A stretch of DNA of 52,403 nucleotides, counting the filler, from Basidioascus undulatus (lineage: Eukaryota): assembly GCA_000826855.1 (NCBI GenBank). It is 3 parts of 3 records of this genome, joined end to end, with 100 filler letters (N's around TTAATTAATTAA, not from the genome) between each part and the next. Parts side by side here need not be neighbours in the genome. Positions count along the whole stretch, not along the records: positions 1 to 17,422 come from JTLS01000532.1; positions 17,523 to 34,936 come from JTLS01000533.1; 1 more part is not named here. The stretch is one strand, 5' to 3'. The position numbers and the translations under genes were made by a program. Under the pieces are notes generated by a model. That model was not told where the DNA came from and searched no databases. It saw only the letters and a program-made list of their open reading frames with translations. The number at the start of each line of letters is the position of its first letter. The stretch's first letter is position 1. Shown piece after piece: positions 11,148 to 23,769 of the stretch.

Positions 11148-11569
11148 CAGGGGGGGGCTTCGAGCATACGGTGTGGCAGAAGGGCATGTACCTGGGTGGC
11201 ACGAATGGCTGTGGTTAATGAGAGGCGGCGGCTGTTACGAGGGTCCCCATGGGGGCGAGGATATGTGTGTCGCCCAACTCGTAGTAGAAGTCTTGGGCCT
11301 ACACGTACATGCGGAAAAGAAGCAAGGCCTCTAGAAAAGAAGACGCAGCCGAACCAGAAAGCTAGCTTCAAATAGGAATATCTGAGACAAGCCCATGTGC
11401 CTCCTGCGACCTTAGCAGGCACCTTCGCTTGGGCCTCTTGAGCTCGTTGCCCTGCAATGCGATCGCGTTTGCATTTGACGCCCCTTTCACCCTTCACTCA
11501 CCCCTCTGCACGCCTGCGGCTCCACCGACGACGACAGCTCCACCGACGACGACAACGGCGCCGGTGACA

Positions 11570-14193
11570 ATGTCTGGCCGCTTTGTTCGCCGCCAAACCG
11601 CGCGCGTATTCGGCCCGGACACGGTCGAGCGCACGCACGAGGATACGGCGAACGCTCACATCGCTCGCGCCGACCAAGCGAGCTCCTTCCCCGGCCACAT
11701 TCACGATCCAGCGCCGCCGCCGATAAAGACATCGACATCGAGCATGTCCTCCCCGTTCCCTCCGTCGAGCTCGTCTTCGTCCACGTCCCTCGCCCAGCAG
11801 CCGGACTCGCCGTTCTCCATGATCTCGCTCGCGGACTCGGCAGCGTCTTCCTTTGACACACCCTCGACCAACACCTTCTCTCGCCATGATACCCTCCGAT
11901 CTCGTCCCCACTGCTGGTCTACTCCCGCCACACGCGATTCCACTCTCTACTGCAGCGACGGCGCCGCCTGGGACCCTCGTCCGTCCCTGAGCAAGCTCGA
12001 AATGCGCCCTTTCCCTTCTGCCGTCGAAGGCGTTCGATCGGCTGCTAGGCCTGAGCCACCATTCATGTGGAGAGGTGGTCGACCTTATCACAACTGGGGC
12101 GATGCGGCTCCGTGGCCAGTGTCGTACTCGCAGCTGGCGCTCGACGGGTGAGCTTTCCGCTGCTATCGCGCGGTCTCTCCGCTGCGACGTCGCTGAGTGT
12201 CCGCGCTTCGCAGGGACGTCGTTTGGCATCAGGCCATGAAGATGTACCGAGGAGGCTCCAATATTCTTCCTGGGGAGCTCAAGCGTCCTCCGAGACGCGT
12301 GCTCGATCTCGGTGAGTACGAGGATACGCTATTATGAGAGATCGCGGAGCATGGAATGCTGAGGGGTCCTTGCGGCAGGCTGCGGGGTGGGAACTTGGTG
12401 TCTCGATGTCGCCAGAACTCTGTGGCCAGAGTACGTCCCTTCGTCGGCTGCAGTCTTCGAAGCACGCTTATCTTCGCTCCCACAGTGCGGAAGTCTGGGG
12501 ACTCGACCTGGTGCCGATACAGCCGGACGTAGCTATGCTAGGCGATCCGGATCTTTCGCAACGCATACACTGGGTTCATGCGAACTTGTCAGTACAATCG
12601 AGCGAAACGCAGCTCGCGCCGAGCTGACGTCGGTCGCCCATTCGGACAGTCTGGAAGAATTCCCTTTTGAAGATGGCTTTTTCGACTTCGGTACGCCTCA
12701 GAAGCCTTCTACCTGATTACGAACCAGCTAACGAGCTCGTTTCTCTGCAACAGTCCATATGCGATTCGGTAAGTAGCTCCTTCTGGACAACGGCCATCGC
12801 TGCTGACGGAGCCCGGCATCATCTTCTCTTGCATCTCTAGTCGGCCTCGGGTAGGTTAAACCGAACCAAGTGCTTGTTTGCGCATGCTTACCCGTTAGTT
12901 GTACGCCACAGCATTCCTGAAACCAAGTTCTACCATGTCTTGGACGAGGCATTTCGGGTGCTATCTTCGGATGGGTATCTTGAGGTCCGCCGTCACTTTT
13001 CGCAACGTACACTGTCTTTGCTCACTCCCCGTGCTGCAGGTCCATGAGCGGTCATACCCTTTTATTGCTGGTCGCCTGCCGCTCCCGCCTCAGGACCCCG
13101 CAACAGCACCTCCGGCCGAGAAGCATTCGTACCCGGACCTGGAGAACGTCTACGAGTCTGTGAGTACACGGGCCTCGCTAGGCGCGGTGCAACTTATGAC
13201 GAACTGCTCTCGTCAGGTCCTCACTGCCCACACCATCAATCCGACACCTCTTACCGTCCTGGCGTCAGCGATTGTGCTCTACGACACACAGGTACGAATC
13301 TTGCCACGCTCTTCGACTTCTCTCGTCGTTAAACGCACTCTCGTACCCCAGTCGCTCGTCCAGGACCCCATCACGTCCGGCACATGTCCTGCGCCATCCT
13401 ACGCTAAGCGGAGTGCAACCTCGCGGTTGCAAGAGCTCCGGTACCGCCCGTGGGGTCCCCGCGCCGCGTCCGGCGCGACGAGGGACAAGACGGCCTCGGC
13501 TCTGGACTACGCGGCTGTCGCCGCTAGTCCCGACGGCGCGACGAAGCTGGGCGCGACACTCGAGCCGCCGTCGGGCTCTGCGAGCGCGTACCCGCTGCCG
13601 AGCCCCGCCGAGCTCGATTATCGGCTTCGCTTGTTCACGACGAGCTGCATGACGACAGTCCAGGAGGCGAGCGACTGGCTGTGGGACCAGTTCGTGAGCA
13701 AGGGTTTGGCCCTCAGCTCCGAGCCGGCAACCAAGGACAGGGAGCGTGGTAACCGCCGCATGAGCGAGGTGCCTGCGCCGCCGCGCCGGCTGTGGAATAC
13801 GAAGGAGGCATTCGACGCCGAGGTGGCGGAGTGGGCGTCGGACCTCGTATGTTTCTCAATGCATCATTTCTGGGATTGGGAATGCTGGCTGACCAGCACG
13901 TCTTCCTCAGGCACGACGCGCCGGAACGGACCTATTTCTGGAGGAGCTCTGCGGATGGGAGGACGGGCGGGAGGAGACCTACGCGCCAGGCGGTCGCAAA
14001 CTCGTCGGCGCCCGCACGTGGCGCGTCGAGCGTACCTTGGAGAGCGAAGGACCAGACGATAAGCTTGGAACATGGCAGATGTGCGTCGCCTGGTCTCCAT
14101 CAACCCCGTCCGATCGCTGACTCTGATCCTCTTTCCCTACAGGTGCGGATTCCGAGCGCAGAAGCGCTAGTCTTTCTGGGGTTTGTGTTGTAA
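11570..14193 (+). CDS. Class I SAM-dependent methyltransferase-domain protein, multi-exon
   Basis: RPYH...APWPVSY, RRVLDLG|CGGGTW, GLDLVPIQP, RIHWVHAN, LEEFPFEDGFFDF|VHMRF, EAFRVL. Exact exon boundaries were only partly resolved. Confidence 0.7.
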
Positions 14194-14499
14194 TAGTGGA
14201 TACTTATTGCATGCCTACCACCGTACGTTCCGGGAAGCTGGCGAGCGTTGACTGCGTTCTGCGACGTCTGGAAAGCAGCATTGTCATTGCAGGGCGTCTG
14301 ATTTCTGGGCATGAAATAGCTATGTCGAGCGTCCCGCCAGCGTGCAGTACTGCGGAGGGCAATAGCTTCAGGATCGCCTTCTACCGTACACGCGCAAAAC
14401 AGCGTCGACGCGCTGCTTGCCGGCTCTGTCAACCCGGCAATGAGCAGTCAACATGATTCGTGTTTCGATGTTAGAAGCTCTCTTCTTGCAGAATTGATG

Positions 14500-15753
14500 T
14501 CAAACATGTGCATGGACACGAGTACCAAGAAACAAGTTCAGACCTGCCCGCAGCGGCCCCTGCCGAACCTCGAAAAGCGGCCCCGACCTATCACGGCGCG
14601 TCCCATCAGGAGACCACAATACAGCACTTCCAGCCGCTCGCCGCCTTCGAGAGCTCATCAGCAGCGCTGCGCCTCACCCCCCGCGCCGTCATCGAGCTCC
14701 TCCCCCGACCGCGGGCCGTCGTCGCTAGGCGTCGCCCCGGGCAGGGCGCCGCTCTCCCGCAGCGCAAACAAAATGAAGAAGAACAGCACGCACGTCGTCT
14801 CGTTTGCCGCGCACTTCTGGAAGTTTGCCCGCTCGAAGGTCTCGGAGAAAATGGAAGAAATAGAAATGAGCGGAGTCGGTTAGGACGAGGCGGCGGCAGC
14901 GGTGCTTTGGGGCGGAACTGTGCGAGAAGTGGTCGGGATATCAGCGAAGCTCGGGAATAAAAGTAGAAGGAAGCTCACCATAGGATGTGGGACCTGATGT
15001 TTACGGCGTCGGCGACCCAATCGGAGTAGACGAGCGTGCCGAGCTTCTGCGATGACATGGAACAGGGCAGATCAGACCCACTCGAACCGCCTCTCAACGA
15101 GGTTCGCTCACAAAGATCTCGACGACAACGAGCGCGTGCGCGTGCTCATCCGTGCGGCCCACGAGAAAGCAAATCAAGCCATGACGGATGTTCCCCACAG
15201 CGCTCTCCGAAGAACGAGTAGATCTCGCTGTAGAACATGGTGTCTAGGAAGAAATGCTGTGTGATGAGCTAACAAAAAATGCCGGATTAGGAGAACAATA
15301 CGCACCCTCTTCGAAGCGGAGGTGTCTCCGAGCCAGAGGCGGAGCCGAGAAGGGACTGAGCAAGACGCTGGACCGGATGCAGGACTTGCTCATCGGCAGC
15401 CGCCCTGCGTTCGCATGGGAGAAGGCCCTTAGGATTAGGAGGTCTTTGTGGAAGCGAGAGGTCCACCCAACGACTTGCCCTGTATTGATCGCATCCTTGC
15501 ATATCCAGTGGTCTCCGCGATCGAGGTCCAGAGAAAGATACGGCGACTGGACTTCTTCGGGGAACATTCGAATGAGGAGGCTGCATTGGAACTGGGCAAG
15601 AGCGGGGTCGGTCTCGAGGGAGTTCGATTCATGAGGAACGAAGTTGGGCGAGGTGCGTGCGGGTGGGTCAGTAGACGGCTGTTCGAGCAGCGTCTGGATG
15701 GCACGGTTGAGCTTGGGAAACGGGCGGTCGACAAAGTCAGCGTAAGTAGGCAT
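14500..15753 (-). pseudogene. Degraded fungal F-box-like/hypothetical gene
   Basis: N-terminus QFQCSLLIRMFPEEV resembles the Q-SPL-LP-E start of fungal F-box-like proteins. Downstream frames are interrupted and the boundaries are approximate. Confidence 0.3.
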
Positions 15754-16198
15754 GTGGGCGATAGTCAGTGTGATTATGGATGTATATTGGAGTTTTGATT
15801 GGGATGATGGTCGCGAGGAAAGGAGGTGGGGGGGTGAAGGATCGGCAAGAGCACGCGGCTCGCACGCGTCGGGTTGCTATTGGCTGCCACTGTGAATTCA
15901 CATCAGACAATCGACACTACTCAAAATGGTTGAATATTCTTGAAAATCACAATTGTACGCGATAAACAAAGGAGTATTCAAGGAAGGCCCCTTTCTTGAG
16001 GCGGTGCCGCGCACGCGTTCTCGACGCGTCACGGCTCACGGCTCGCTGACGCTCTCGCTCCCCTTCGACGCTCGGACAACCAACGACAGCAGCCTTGATC
16101 CCGGACCACCATCATCACCAGCTTAGCATACACCCACCGATCTTACAGCCAAATCCATCCTCGCTATCCGTAATTTAACCCGCACCTCAGCAACCCGC

Positions 16199-17422
16199 AT
16201 GGCCCGCCCGTCGACCGTCGGTCCCGCACCGACACCGAGGGTCGTCCCCAAGCTCGCATTGGATGGTTCGGCGAACGAGGATGGGCATGTTGCATTCTCG
16301 TACTTTGCAAAGGTCCGTCCGCTCCATCCTTCCTCCTCCCGAATCCGGCTGACATCCACCCACCCCACCCAGCTCGCCCTTCCCGAGTCCCCCCAGGCGC
16401 AGTCGTACCCGCTCTTCCCGTGTGCGCCGTCCTCCCAGATCACAGCCCTAGCATACACTGACTCCCAATCCATCAGGTGGCTCCCTCACCCTTAAAACGC
16501 ATTCACTCCACCCCCTCGCGCCCTCCCTCTCCTCCGCCGCGGGGCGCACCGCCCGTCGTGCCGCCCGGCGCCTCGGCATCCCCGTCAGCCACTCGCCCGC
16601 GCCGGAGACGCCGCTGCCACCGCAGGTGCGCGTTGCGGACGGGCAGGTCGTTGTCTACGTCCCCGGGTCGGGCGAGGGCAGACCCGCTAGCAGGCAGGGC
16701 GCGGGCTCGCCGCCTGGTGGGGAGCGCTCGAGCGGAGGAGGGAGCAGGGGGTGGTTGTTGTTGCTTGAGGTGTCGACGCGGGTGGTAAGGGGCTTGCCGA
16801 GATGGGCTCACACTGTGCGCCCTCCCTCTCCTACCCATCCTACTTCCCTCGTACGCTGACACGCACATACCCCGCAGCTGTATCTCCCCATCCCCCGCTC
16901 GCTCTCCTCGACGCTCCGCTTCCGGCCGCCCCTCCCCTCCTCCCCGGAGCACCTCGACATCCAAGTGAACCCTCGGCTCATCGCGCGCCCGCGCTCGCGG
17001 CGGCCCTCGCTCGTCCTAGTCGAAGAGCCCCTTTCCTCCGGGTCGTCCTCGGACGCGGACGACGACTCCGGCGACGCCGAAGAGGAGTCGTACGTCGAGG
17101 GGACGTTCCAGGCCTCCGAGCGGCTCGAGATCAAGTGGGCGGTCGCGCTGCCTGAGGAGGAGGGCGGGCGGCGGCTGCGCGCGGATGCGGCGAGGGAGGA
17201 CGTGCGCTGGACGGTCGGGGAAGCGGAGAGAGAGGACAACGTAGTTGTCCTTGATTGGGAAGCGCAGATCACGCTCCAGGGGCTGCACCACCCAACAATC
17301 GCCGACTCGCTCATCCTCCCGCTCACGGTCGACTCGTTTGGGCAGCGTACGCGTTTCTCGAACCTCTCCATCTCGCTCCCCTCCTCGCCCGAAGGAACTC
17401 TGGCGTCCTGGGACTTTCTCCC
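16199..17422 (+). CDS. Hypothetical protein, 3' partial (runs into the contig end)
   Basis: High GC3. Three canonical introns give an open frame: MARPSTVG...SYFAK|LALP...FP|CGSLTL...EVSTRV|LYLPIP...EGTFQASERLEIKWA.... Confidence 0.65.
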
Positions 17423-17522
17423 NNNNNNNNNNNNNNNNNNNNNNNNNNNNNNNNNNNNNNNNNNNNTTAATTAATTAANNNNNNNNNNNNNNNNNNNNNN
17501 NNNNNNNNNNNNNNNNNNNNNN
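17423..17522. other. Artificial contig spacer
   Basis: 44 N + TTAATTAATTAA (stops in all six frames) + 44 N. Confidence 0.98.
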
Positions 17523-17811
17523 CCGCCCCCCCCCCCCCCGCCCCCCTCTCCAAGCCCCTCCGTCCCATCTTCCTCACGCCCGAGAGCTCGTCTCTCCCCG
17601 TCCTCGACCCGGAGGAACTGGGGTTCTATCCGGTCGTGCTGGTTTCGGCTTCGAGGTGCGTCCTCATCCCAGGCAAGGACAGAGAAGGGAGAAGGTGCTG
17701 ATTGGGGTGGTGCGGGTGCGGGAAACCAGATACGTTCCTGATCGGGTGGAGAGGCGCGCGTGGGGGGAGTACGTCCAAGGGAGCGGGGACGACCATGAGC
17801 TGTGGAGCGAG
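17523..17811 (+). CDS. RIT1: Internal exons of RIT1 (initiator tRNA A64 2'-O-ribosylphosphate transferase)
   Basis: PLSKPLRPIFLTP...FYPVVLVSAS|RY...YVQGSGDDHELWSE, matching the RIT1 motifs KPLRP and YxQGxGDDHE. Intron at 17656-17729. Confidence 0.8.
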
Positions 17812-17890
17812 GTGCGTTTGCCGCTCCCCTCCCCTCTCCCTCCCCTTTCCCCCACATCCCTGGCTCATATGAAATCGCGCTCGTGTACAG

Positions 17891-18019
17891 CCCGGCCACA
17901 TCGCCCGTAACTGCCCCGAGGCCGGCGGCGCGCCCGGCGCAGGCGCGTACGGTGCGGGCGCGTACGGGTACGGCGCCGGTGGGTTCGGCGGTGCGGGCGG
18001 TGCAGGGCGCAGCTGCTAC
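17891..18019 (+). CDS. Single orphan exon of a CNBP/Gis2/Byr3-type CCHC zinc-knuckle protein
   Basis: AG...GT-bounded 129-nt exon: PGHIARNCPEAGGAPGAGAYGAGAYGYGAGGFGGAGGAGRSCY. This is the end of one knuckle, a Gly/Tyr linker and the start of the next. Confidence 0.75.
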
Positions 18020-18076
18020 GTGTGTTTTTCCTCTCCTCCCTCCCCTCACCACACCTCCTCCCCCCTCCCCCGACAG

Positions 18077-18319
18077 GCCAAGGACGCGCACGTCGGCCAA
18101 GTCAAGACCTTCTCCGCGCCCGCCGCCCCCTCCGTCCCCGAGCTGCCGTCGGACTTCGCGTCCGCCCTCTCCGCGTACGACGCCGCCGAGCCGACGTTCG
18201 AGGCCCCCGCCGCGGCGAAGAACGCCGGCGAGGCGCCCGAGGACGCGGGCAAGGGTAACGTTGACGGGTTCCTGGCTTTCCTCGAGAAGGACTTCCCCAA
18301 GGAGGAGGCGCACCACTGA
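18077..18319 (+). CDS. ATP14: Terminal exon only of mitochondrial ATP synthase subunit h
   Basis: AKDAHVGQVKTFSAPAAPSVPELPSDFASALSAYDAAEP...FLAFLEKDFPKEEAHH*, a typical fungal subunit h C-terminal portion. Confidence 0.8.
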   Translation, partial: AKDAHVGQVKTFSAPAAPSVPELPSDFASALSAYDAAEPTFEAPAAAKNAGEAPEDAGKGNVDGFLAFLEKDFPKEEAHH

Positions 18320-19289
18320 GGTGTGTGAGGGGAATGGGGGTTGGGAGGAAAGGTAGATGAGGCGGAAGAGCGTGGGCGGGGATGAAACCGGATTGCACTC
18401 CGCACATCGACTCGCTTCGCATGCCTGACGTTGGCCATTGGAGTGGTTGTGTGGGGGCTTGCGAAGGCGCCCTTTGTTCTCACCCGTCTTCTCACACCCC
18501 GTACCTTCCTACGCACTCACCTCGCCCTCTTCGCCCATTCACCTACCCATACGACGCGTGGTTTTCGGCATCGAGCACTACAACTCCCATTCTCCCGTTG
18601 AACCGCTGAACCTCCCGTCCAAGTTTGTAATTCTCCGCTCCCCTGCTTCGCACGCCTGCCCCTTCGATCGACCGCCCGTGCCGAACTTGATCGACCTACC
18701 CTGCGCAGGGCACATCGGCGCATAATGCCGCCCCTGCCGCTCGACTGGCGAACCTTCGTTCTCGCGCGCATCACGCTCTGCTTCCGCTTCTCTTCTCGCT
18801 CGCTCATCCACTTCGCCTTCCTCTCTCACCTTGCCTGTCACCGTCCACGTCCCACTCATTTCTCTCCATCCCCCTCAACCTACCAGCGCCGCCTTCTCTT
18901 TCCCCCTTCCCCTCCACTATCCAACCTCCTTCCCGTTCCGTGCGACCCGAACTCCAGCCCGTGAGTCCTCACCAAGGCCCGCAGATACCACCATCCTACT
19001 GCGGTTGTGCACTCACCCAAGATGGTGCATATATGAAGTCTGTCTGATCCTCGTTCGGCCCGGCAACTTGCGCTATGGTTAGACGTGCGCTGATGTTGCG
19101 TGTGGGGGTGAGCGGCGGGTGGGTGCTTGCGCTATGGGTAGCTCGATCGGATCGGGTGTTAGACTTGCTGGGCTCAACCGAGGCGGTGTAAGTTGTTGCT
19201 GCTTGCTGGCTTTTAGGATAATCTAGGTGGCATGGTGGTTGCTGGGTGGTGAGTCAAATGTGTCAGCCTTTTTGGCTGACGGAACTTTC

Positions 19290-21700
19290 ACTCTTCATTT
19301 TGCATTTGCTTCGGACCATGGATCATCTGTTTCTGTCTTCTGCCGCGCAAGCAGTTAGTGAGCGACCTCGTCTTGTCCACATTCTTGAGCCGCTCCGGCG
19401 AGGCTTTCAAGAATGCAACAACAAGCATCGGTGCTCCCCATAGAGCAAACTCCAATCGCAACTCTGGCGGCGGGCGCTCACCGCGGTTGAGGAAGGCTTG
19501 TGCGCGCCGGGCGTAGCGGGGTTTGAAGTCTTTGAAGTCTGGCGTACAGCGAGGGCTTTCAGTTTCGCTGCCATTTGGATCAAGTCGAGTAAAATGACTC
19601 ACAGAAGACATAGACTATATTGGCGGCTATAAGAGTAATCGTGCGGAAAATGCGGAGGCACGCAAGCCATACATACCGACGCACCGACACCGCCTGTGAA
19701 CTACGGCAGCAGATACAGAGCCTAGAGAATAATGGAAGGGAGTCTTACTTGGAACAAGAACATGCTGCCAGACTGCGGGGAAGGCTGTTGGCTTCCATGC
19801 GGGTGTGCATTACAATGGAGAGTAGACGTACCTCGCCGGCGTTGAACCCTTTGTACTGAACGAAGATGATGGGTACCGCAGCGAAGAGCAGCTAATCATC
19901 TTGGACAATTCAACCAGGCGTTAACTCGGGTTTCGTCGACTTCCCATCACCTTGAAAACATCGCCTCACCACACCGTAGATAAACTGCTCGTTTGGGACA
20001 GATAGTGAGCGAGTAACCCCGCAACTTCGGAACACGAACAATGTACCGACATGTATATCGTAATTGCCGCAAGCAGCGGCTCCTGAAACAGCATGGCGAA
20101 CGGGCGCTGGAGGATGAGCCGGATGCGCTTCGACGTCTTCTGCGTGTGCCGTCCGAGAGGGACGTAGATCCGCGATTCTTTTGGCCTTCCGGACCAGAAT
20201 TGTGGGTGCGTACATCTCAGGAAGGCAGAAGAAGATGATCGTGCAGACGAAGTCCTAAGAAAATCACTCAGTCTCGTCAGGGCAGCAGGAAAGGCGAGGC
20301 GGAAACGCACAAAGCCCGTGAGCAGCCAGTAGATCGCTCGCCATGCTATCCCGTTGACGGACATGACTACACGAGCCGTTTTAGATGGTTTTCCCCCACA
20401 AAGCAGGGCGACCGGCACTCACAGCCGCTACATATTGGACCCAGCGCTGGACCCTAAACGATGATCTCAGCATGGAAGCAATTTCTTGCGGAAAGAAAGC
20501 ACCCACCAAGAAGGGCATGAGCCCGAACACAGACATGCTGATGCCTCGTTGGACAGGGTCCCACATGTCGGCGAGTGTCCCTCCGCACACCACGAGCGGT
20601 GCGGAGCTGTACATTGGCCAGGGGCACAGTGGTCAGCGTCGCTCTTTCCGTATATGCAAGCGTCCTGGTGCTTACGCAAAACATCCTCCGATGAAGCGCG
20701 TTATGAACAGGGTTTCAATGTTCTGCGCAAGTGCTGCGCCAAGGTTGAAGACGTTGTACACGCTGAAAGCTGCCAGCATGACCTTCATGCACCAAAACGA
20801 CATCAGCGCACGCACGACAGCACCAGCCTACGCGTGCACGACAGCAGCAGCCAAGCAGCAGCGGTACACACGCCGGGATTGGGTAGGTGGAACGACAAGC
20901 TCACCTTTTTCCTTCCCCAGCTCTCGGACAGGCTGCCCCAGAGGAGGGTCCGACCCCGAACGCAACTCAGTCAGGCCCGAATACGAGGTCCACGCTGTTG
21001 CGAACAACATACGGCATAACCAGCTACTGCGTCGGCGTTCAGTACAGCACCTTGGGCATAAGAAGAACAAGGGACAACGAACAACGTAACGGGCAGAATG
21101 GCGGCGATTCGCTTGACCTGAAAGTACTTAATGACGTCCACGGTGATGCCGGATGGGGCTGAAGAAGCTGCACGAGGAGGTACTATCAGCTCGAATGAGC
21201 GAGCGTTGAGAGAACTGAATGGTACACACCAAACTGTGAACAGCAGTACAAATCTTCAGATAAATCCCTCGGTCCTCCTAAAATCCACCGCTCACCGTCG
21301 CACTGATGAGTGAAGCATATAGTTCGAGAAGGGACGCCTGCAGATCGACGATCGATCACCCGCTTTAGTACCAGCAGCCCGATAACGAAGGTCAGCCACC
21401 AACGACAGGCGACCCCCAAGTTCTGGAAGTACGATTGAGCGGGTCCCGTCTGTATGAGAGTAGGCGGGTGGTCCAGGTCTTCGTCGCTGAAGCTCACGCC
21501 AAAGGGATCCTTGCCCTCGGTCTTCGCCCCCTTCTCATTCTCTCCAAATTCCTCGTCCAACGGCGCCGGGAGACCGCGACCGAGACCCTCTCCCGGGGCC
21601 GTCGCGCCCGAGATGGACACGATGCCGCTCAAGACCGTGCGCTTCAGCTGGAGTTGGTGCCCGTCGGCCTCGGACAGCGTCTTCTCGAGGTTTCAGAGGT
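19290..21700 (-). pseudogene. MFS drug:H+ antiporter (DHA1-like), frameshifted and lacking the final TM segments
   Basis: SSAPSG, GP/LLWGSLSESWGRK (1-nt frameshift near 20945-20950), LAQNIETLFITRFIGG, GGTLADMWDPVQRG, WRAIYW, PEMYAPTIL, RPFAMLFQEP, PPELRL. Boundaries are approximate. Confidence 0.8.
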
Positions 21701-22908
21701 GCTTACCGAATGGGGTGAAGCGTCTTGCGGTTTGTACACCGCAAGAAAATATGGGGGAAGAGTGCAAGGAGGGATCGTTGCATTGGAGAATGTCGTATGC
21801 GGCAGTTGCACGGCAACTGCTCGGGCGGCACGCAATAACACTGCACGGCCGAGTTTTGACAGCAGTCGCGTGCTTGTCAGACGACTTATCATGTCACGGA
21901 GATATCATTTGGCGTTCTGAGGGGAAAGTATTGAACGTCCATGCGGCCCCGGTGAGGAACAGGCCCTCAGAAGCAAATTCCCGATCACCGACGCTGGAGC
22001 AGCGTTCTCCCAATTTTCTTTAACATCGAGAGCCAAAGGGAGGTCTTCGACATCCAACACATGGATGCAACTTACGAATAGGCTGTGGTTCATTATGAGT
22101 TCATTACCTGCATCCTTTGAAGCATGCAGGTCAAATTGAGCACTTCACAGCGGCAAAACACACTCGAATGCACTGGAGTACTTCGATTCCGAGTCGCTCC
22201 ATGGCAATTACCCCAGCTTACGACCTTCTGCATCATGACCGACTTAGGCTATGATCCTATTTTTTCAAGTAAGTTTTACATGACAACGCAGTCGGAGCGA
22301 GATCACGGCGGGTGTCGATTGATGTCGCAGCGAAGTGTACTGGACGTTCTGACAAGTCAACCCGCGTTGAGCCTGTACACATGTACACATCCCCGTACAT
22401 GTCCTCGCATGATAATTTCGCTTTTACAGACTATGTCGCGCCTCTCAAGAGATAAAGCGTATGTGTGGAAAGTGTACGACTGCCGCACCGCGGCCTCCAG
22501 AATGTCCGGCCAATACCGGGTGTGCTTTTATTATTGAGCAAGAATTGAAGATTGGATTGAAGATTATTATTGAAGATGTATGTGGGAGGTCAAGGAATAG
22601 AGCGACGCCCATTGTAAAAGTTTGTTCAGGGCCGGCCCTTCGGCGAAGGAGGCCCTTAGGGTTCTTTTCCTCCCCTCATTATTCTCCACCTCCTCCTCCT
22701 CACATCTTCCCTCTTTTACCCTTAACACCCTTAAAAGGTGCGGTCGCTTCACCTATCGCCCACCCTACGCCGCCGCCGCCACCCTCTGTCGCCGTCGCTC
22801 GTTCGATTTTCGGCTCCCGCGCGGTGGCGCGAGGCGGGCGGAGCTCTGTGGCGGCACTTGGAGCTGGTCAACTGACCGGGGAAGTTTCGGGGGGATGAGC
22901 AGTTCGAG

Positions 22909-23769
22909 ATGTCCGACGACGAGGAGCGCCACAACCAGACGTTCGAGTCCGCCGGTGCCGGCGCGTCTCTGACGTACCCGATGCAATGCTCGGCCCTTCG
23001 CAAGAACGGCCACGTTGTCATCAAGGGCCGCCCGTGCAAGGTGCGTGCGGGTGCGGCTGCGAGCTGGCGGAGAAGGGGGGCGCCTGACGGAGGTGGGGAA
23101 CACAGATCGTCGACATGTCGACCTCCAAGACCGGCAAGCACGGTCACGCGAAGGTCCACCTTGTCGCCATTGACGTGAGTCTTACACAGTCTTTAGGGGA
23201 AACTTAGCTGCGTGCGGATGGATGCGGGCCAGGGTCTGGAGGTCCCTCGACGTTCCTCTGCCCCTGCGTTCGCCGGGAATCCACGCAGTATCCCACATCT
23301 CCCCATAGTACACTGACATTACCGATATGCCCCGCCGGTAGATCTTCACTGGCAAGAAGCTCGAGGACATCTCCCCCTCGACCCACAACATGGACGTCCC
23401 CAACGTCACCCGTACTGAGTACACCGTACGTCTTTCACCTCGCTTTGGGAATCCTTGCCGCGAGTTCACCTTACGGGGCTCTTAGCTCGTCAACATCGAC
23501 GACGGCTTCCTCAACCTCCTCACCAACGACGGCGCTGAGAAGAACGATGTTCCTCTCCCCGAGGGCGAGCTTGGCGAGAAGATCGAGGCCGACTTCGATG
23601 ACGGCAAAGAGCTCATCGTCACCATCGTCACTTCCGTGCGTCATCCCTGTTTTCCGAACAGGCGGGGTTTGGACTGGAGTCGGGCTGACACGGGAGGGTG
23701 CGTTGGTGGTATGGGTAGATGGGCGAGGAGCGCGCGCTCTCGTACAAGGAGGCTCCCAAGGGCAACTAA
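22909..23769 (+). CDS. HYP2: Translation factor eIF-5A, 5 coding exons plus a 5'UTR intron
   Basis: [68 protein letters not shown], with the hypusine motif [12 protein letters not shown]. Stop TAA at 23767-23769. Confidence 0.98.

Noticed and set aside
17467..17478. TTAATTAATTAA palindrome (also at 34981-34992) as a piggyBac target or biological motif
   Set aside because: It is centred in identical 100-nt N blocks, i.e. a synthetic six-frame stop linker.
18678..18712. GAACTTGATC...CCTGCGCAGGG resembling the 3' half of a TPP riboswitch
   Set aside because: The P5 stem cannot form, there is no CTGAGA motif upstream, and no thiamine gene is adjacent.
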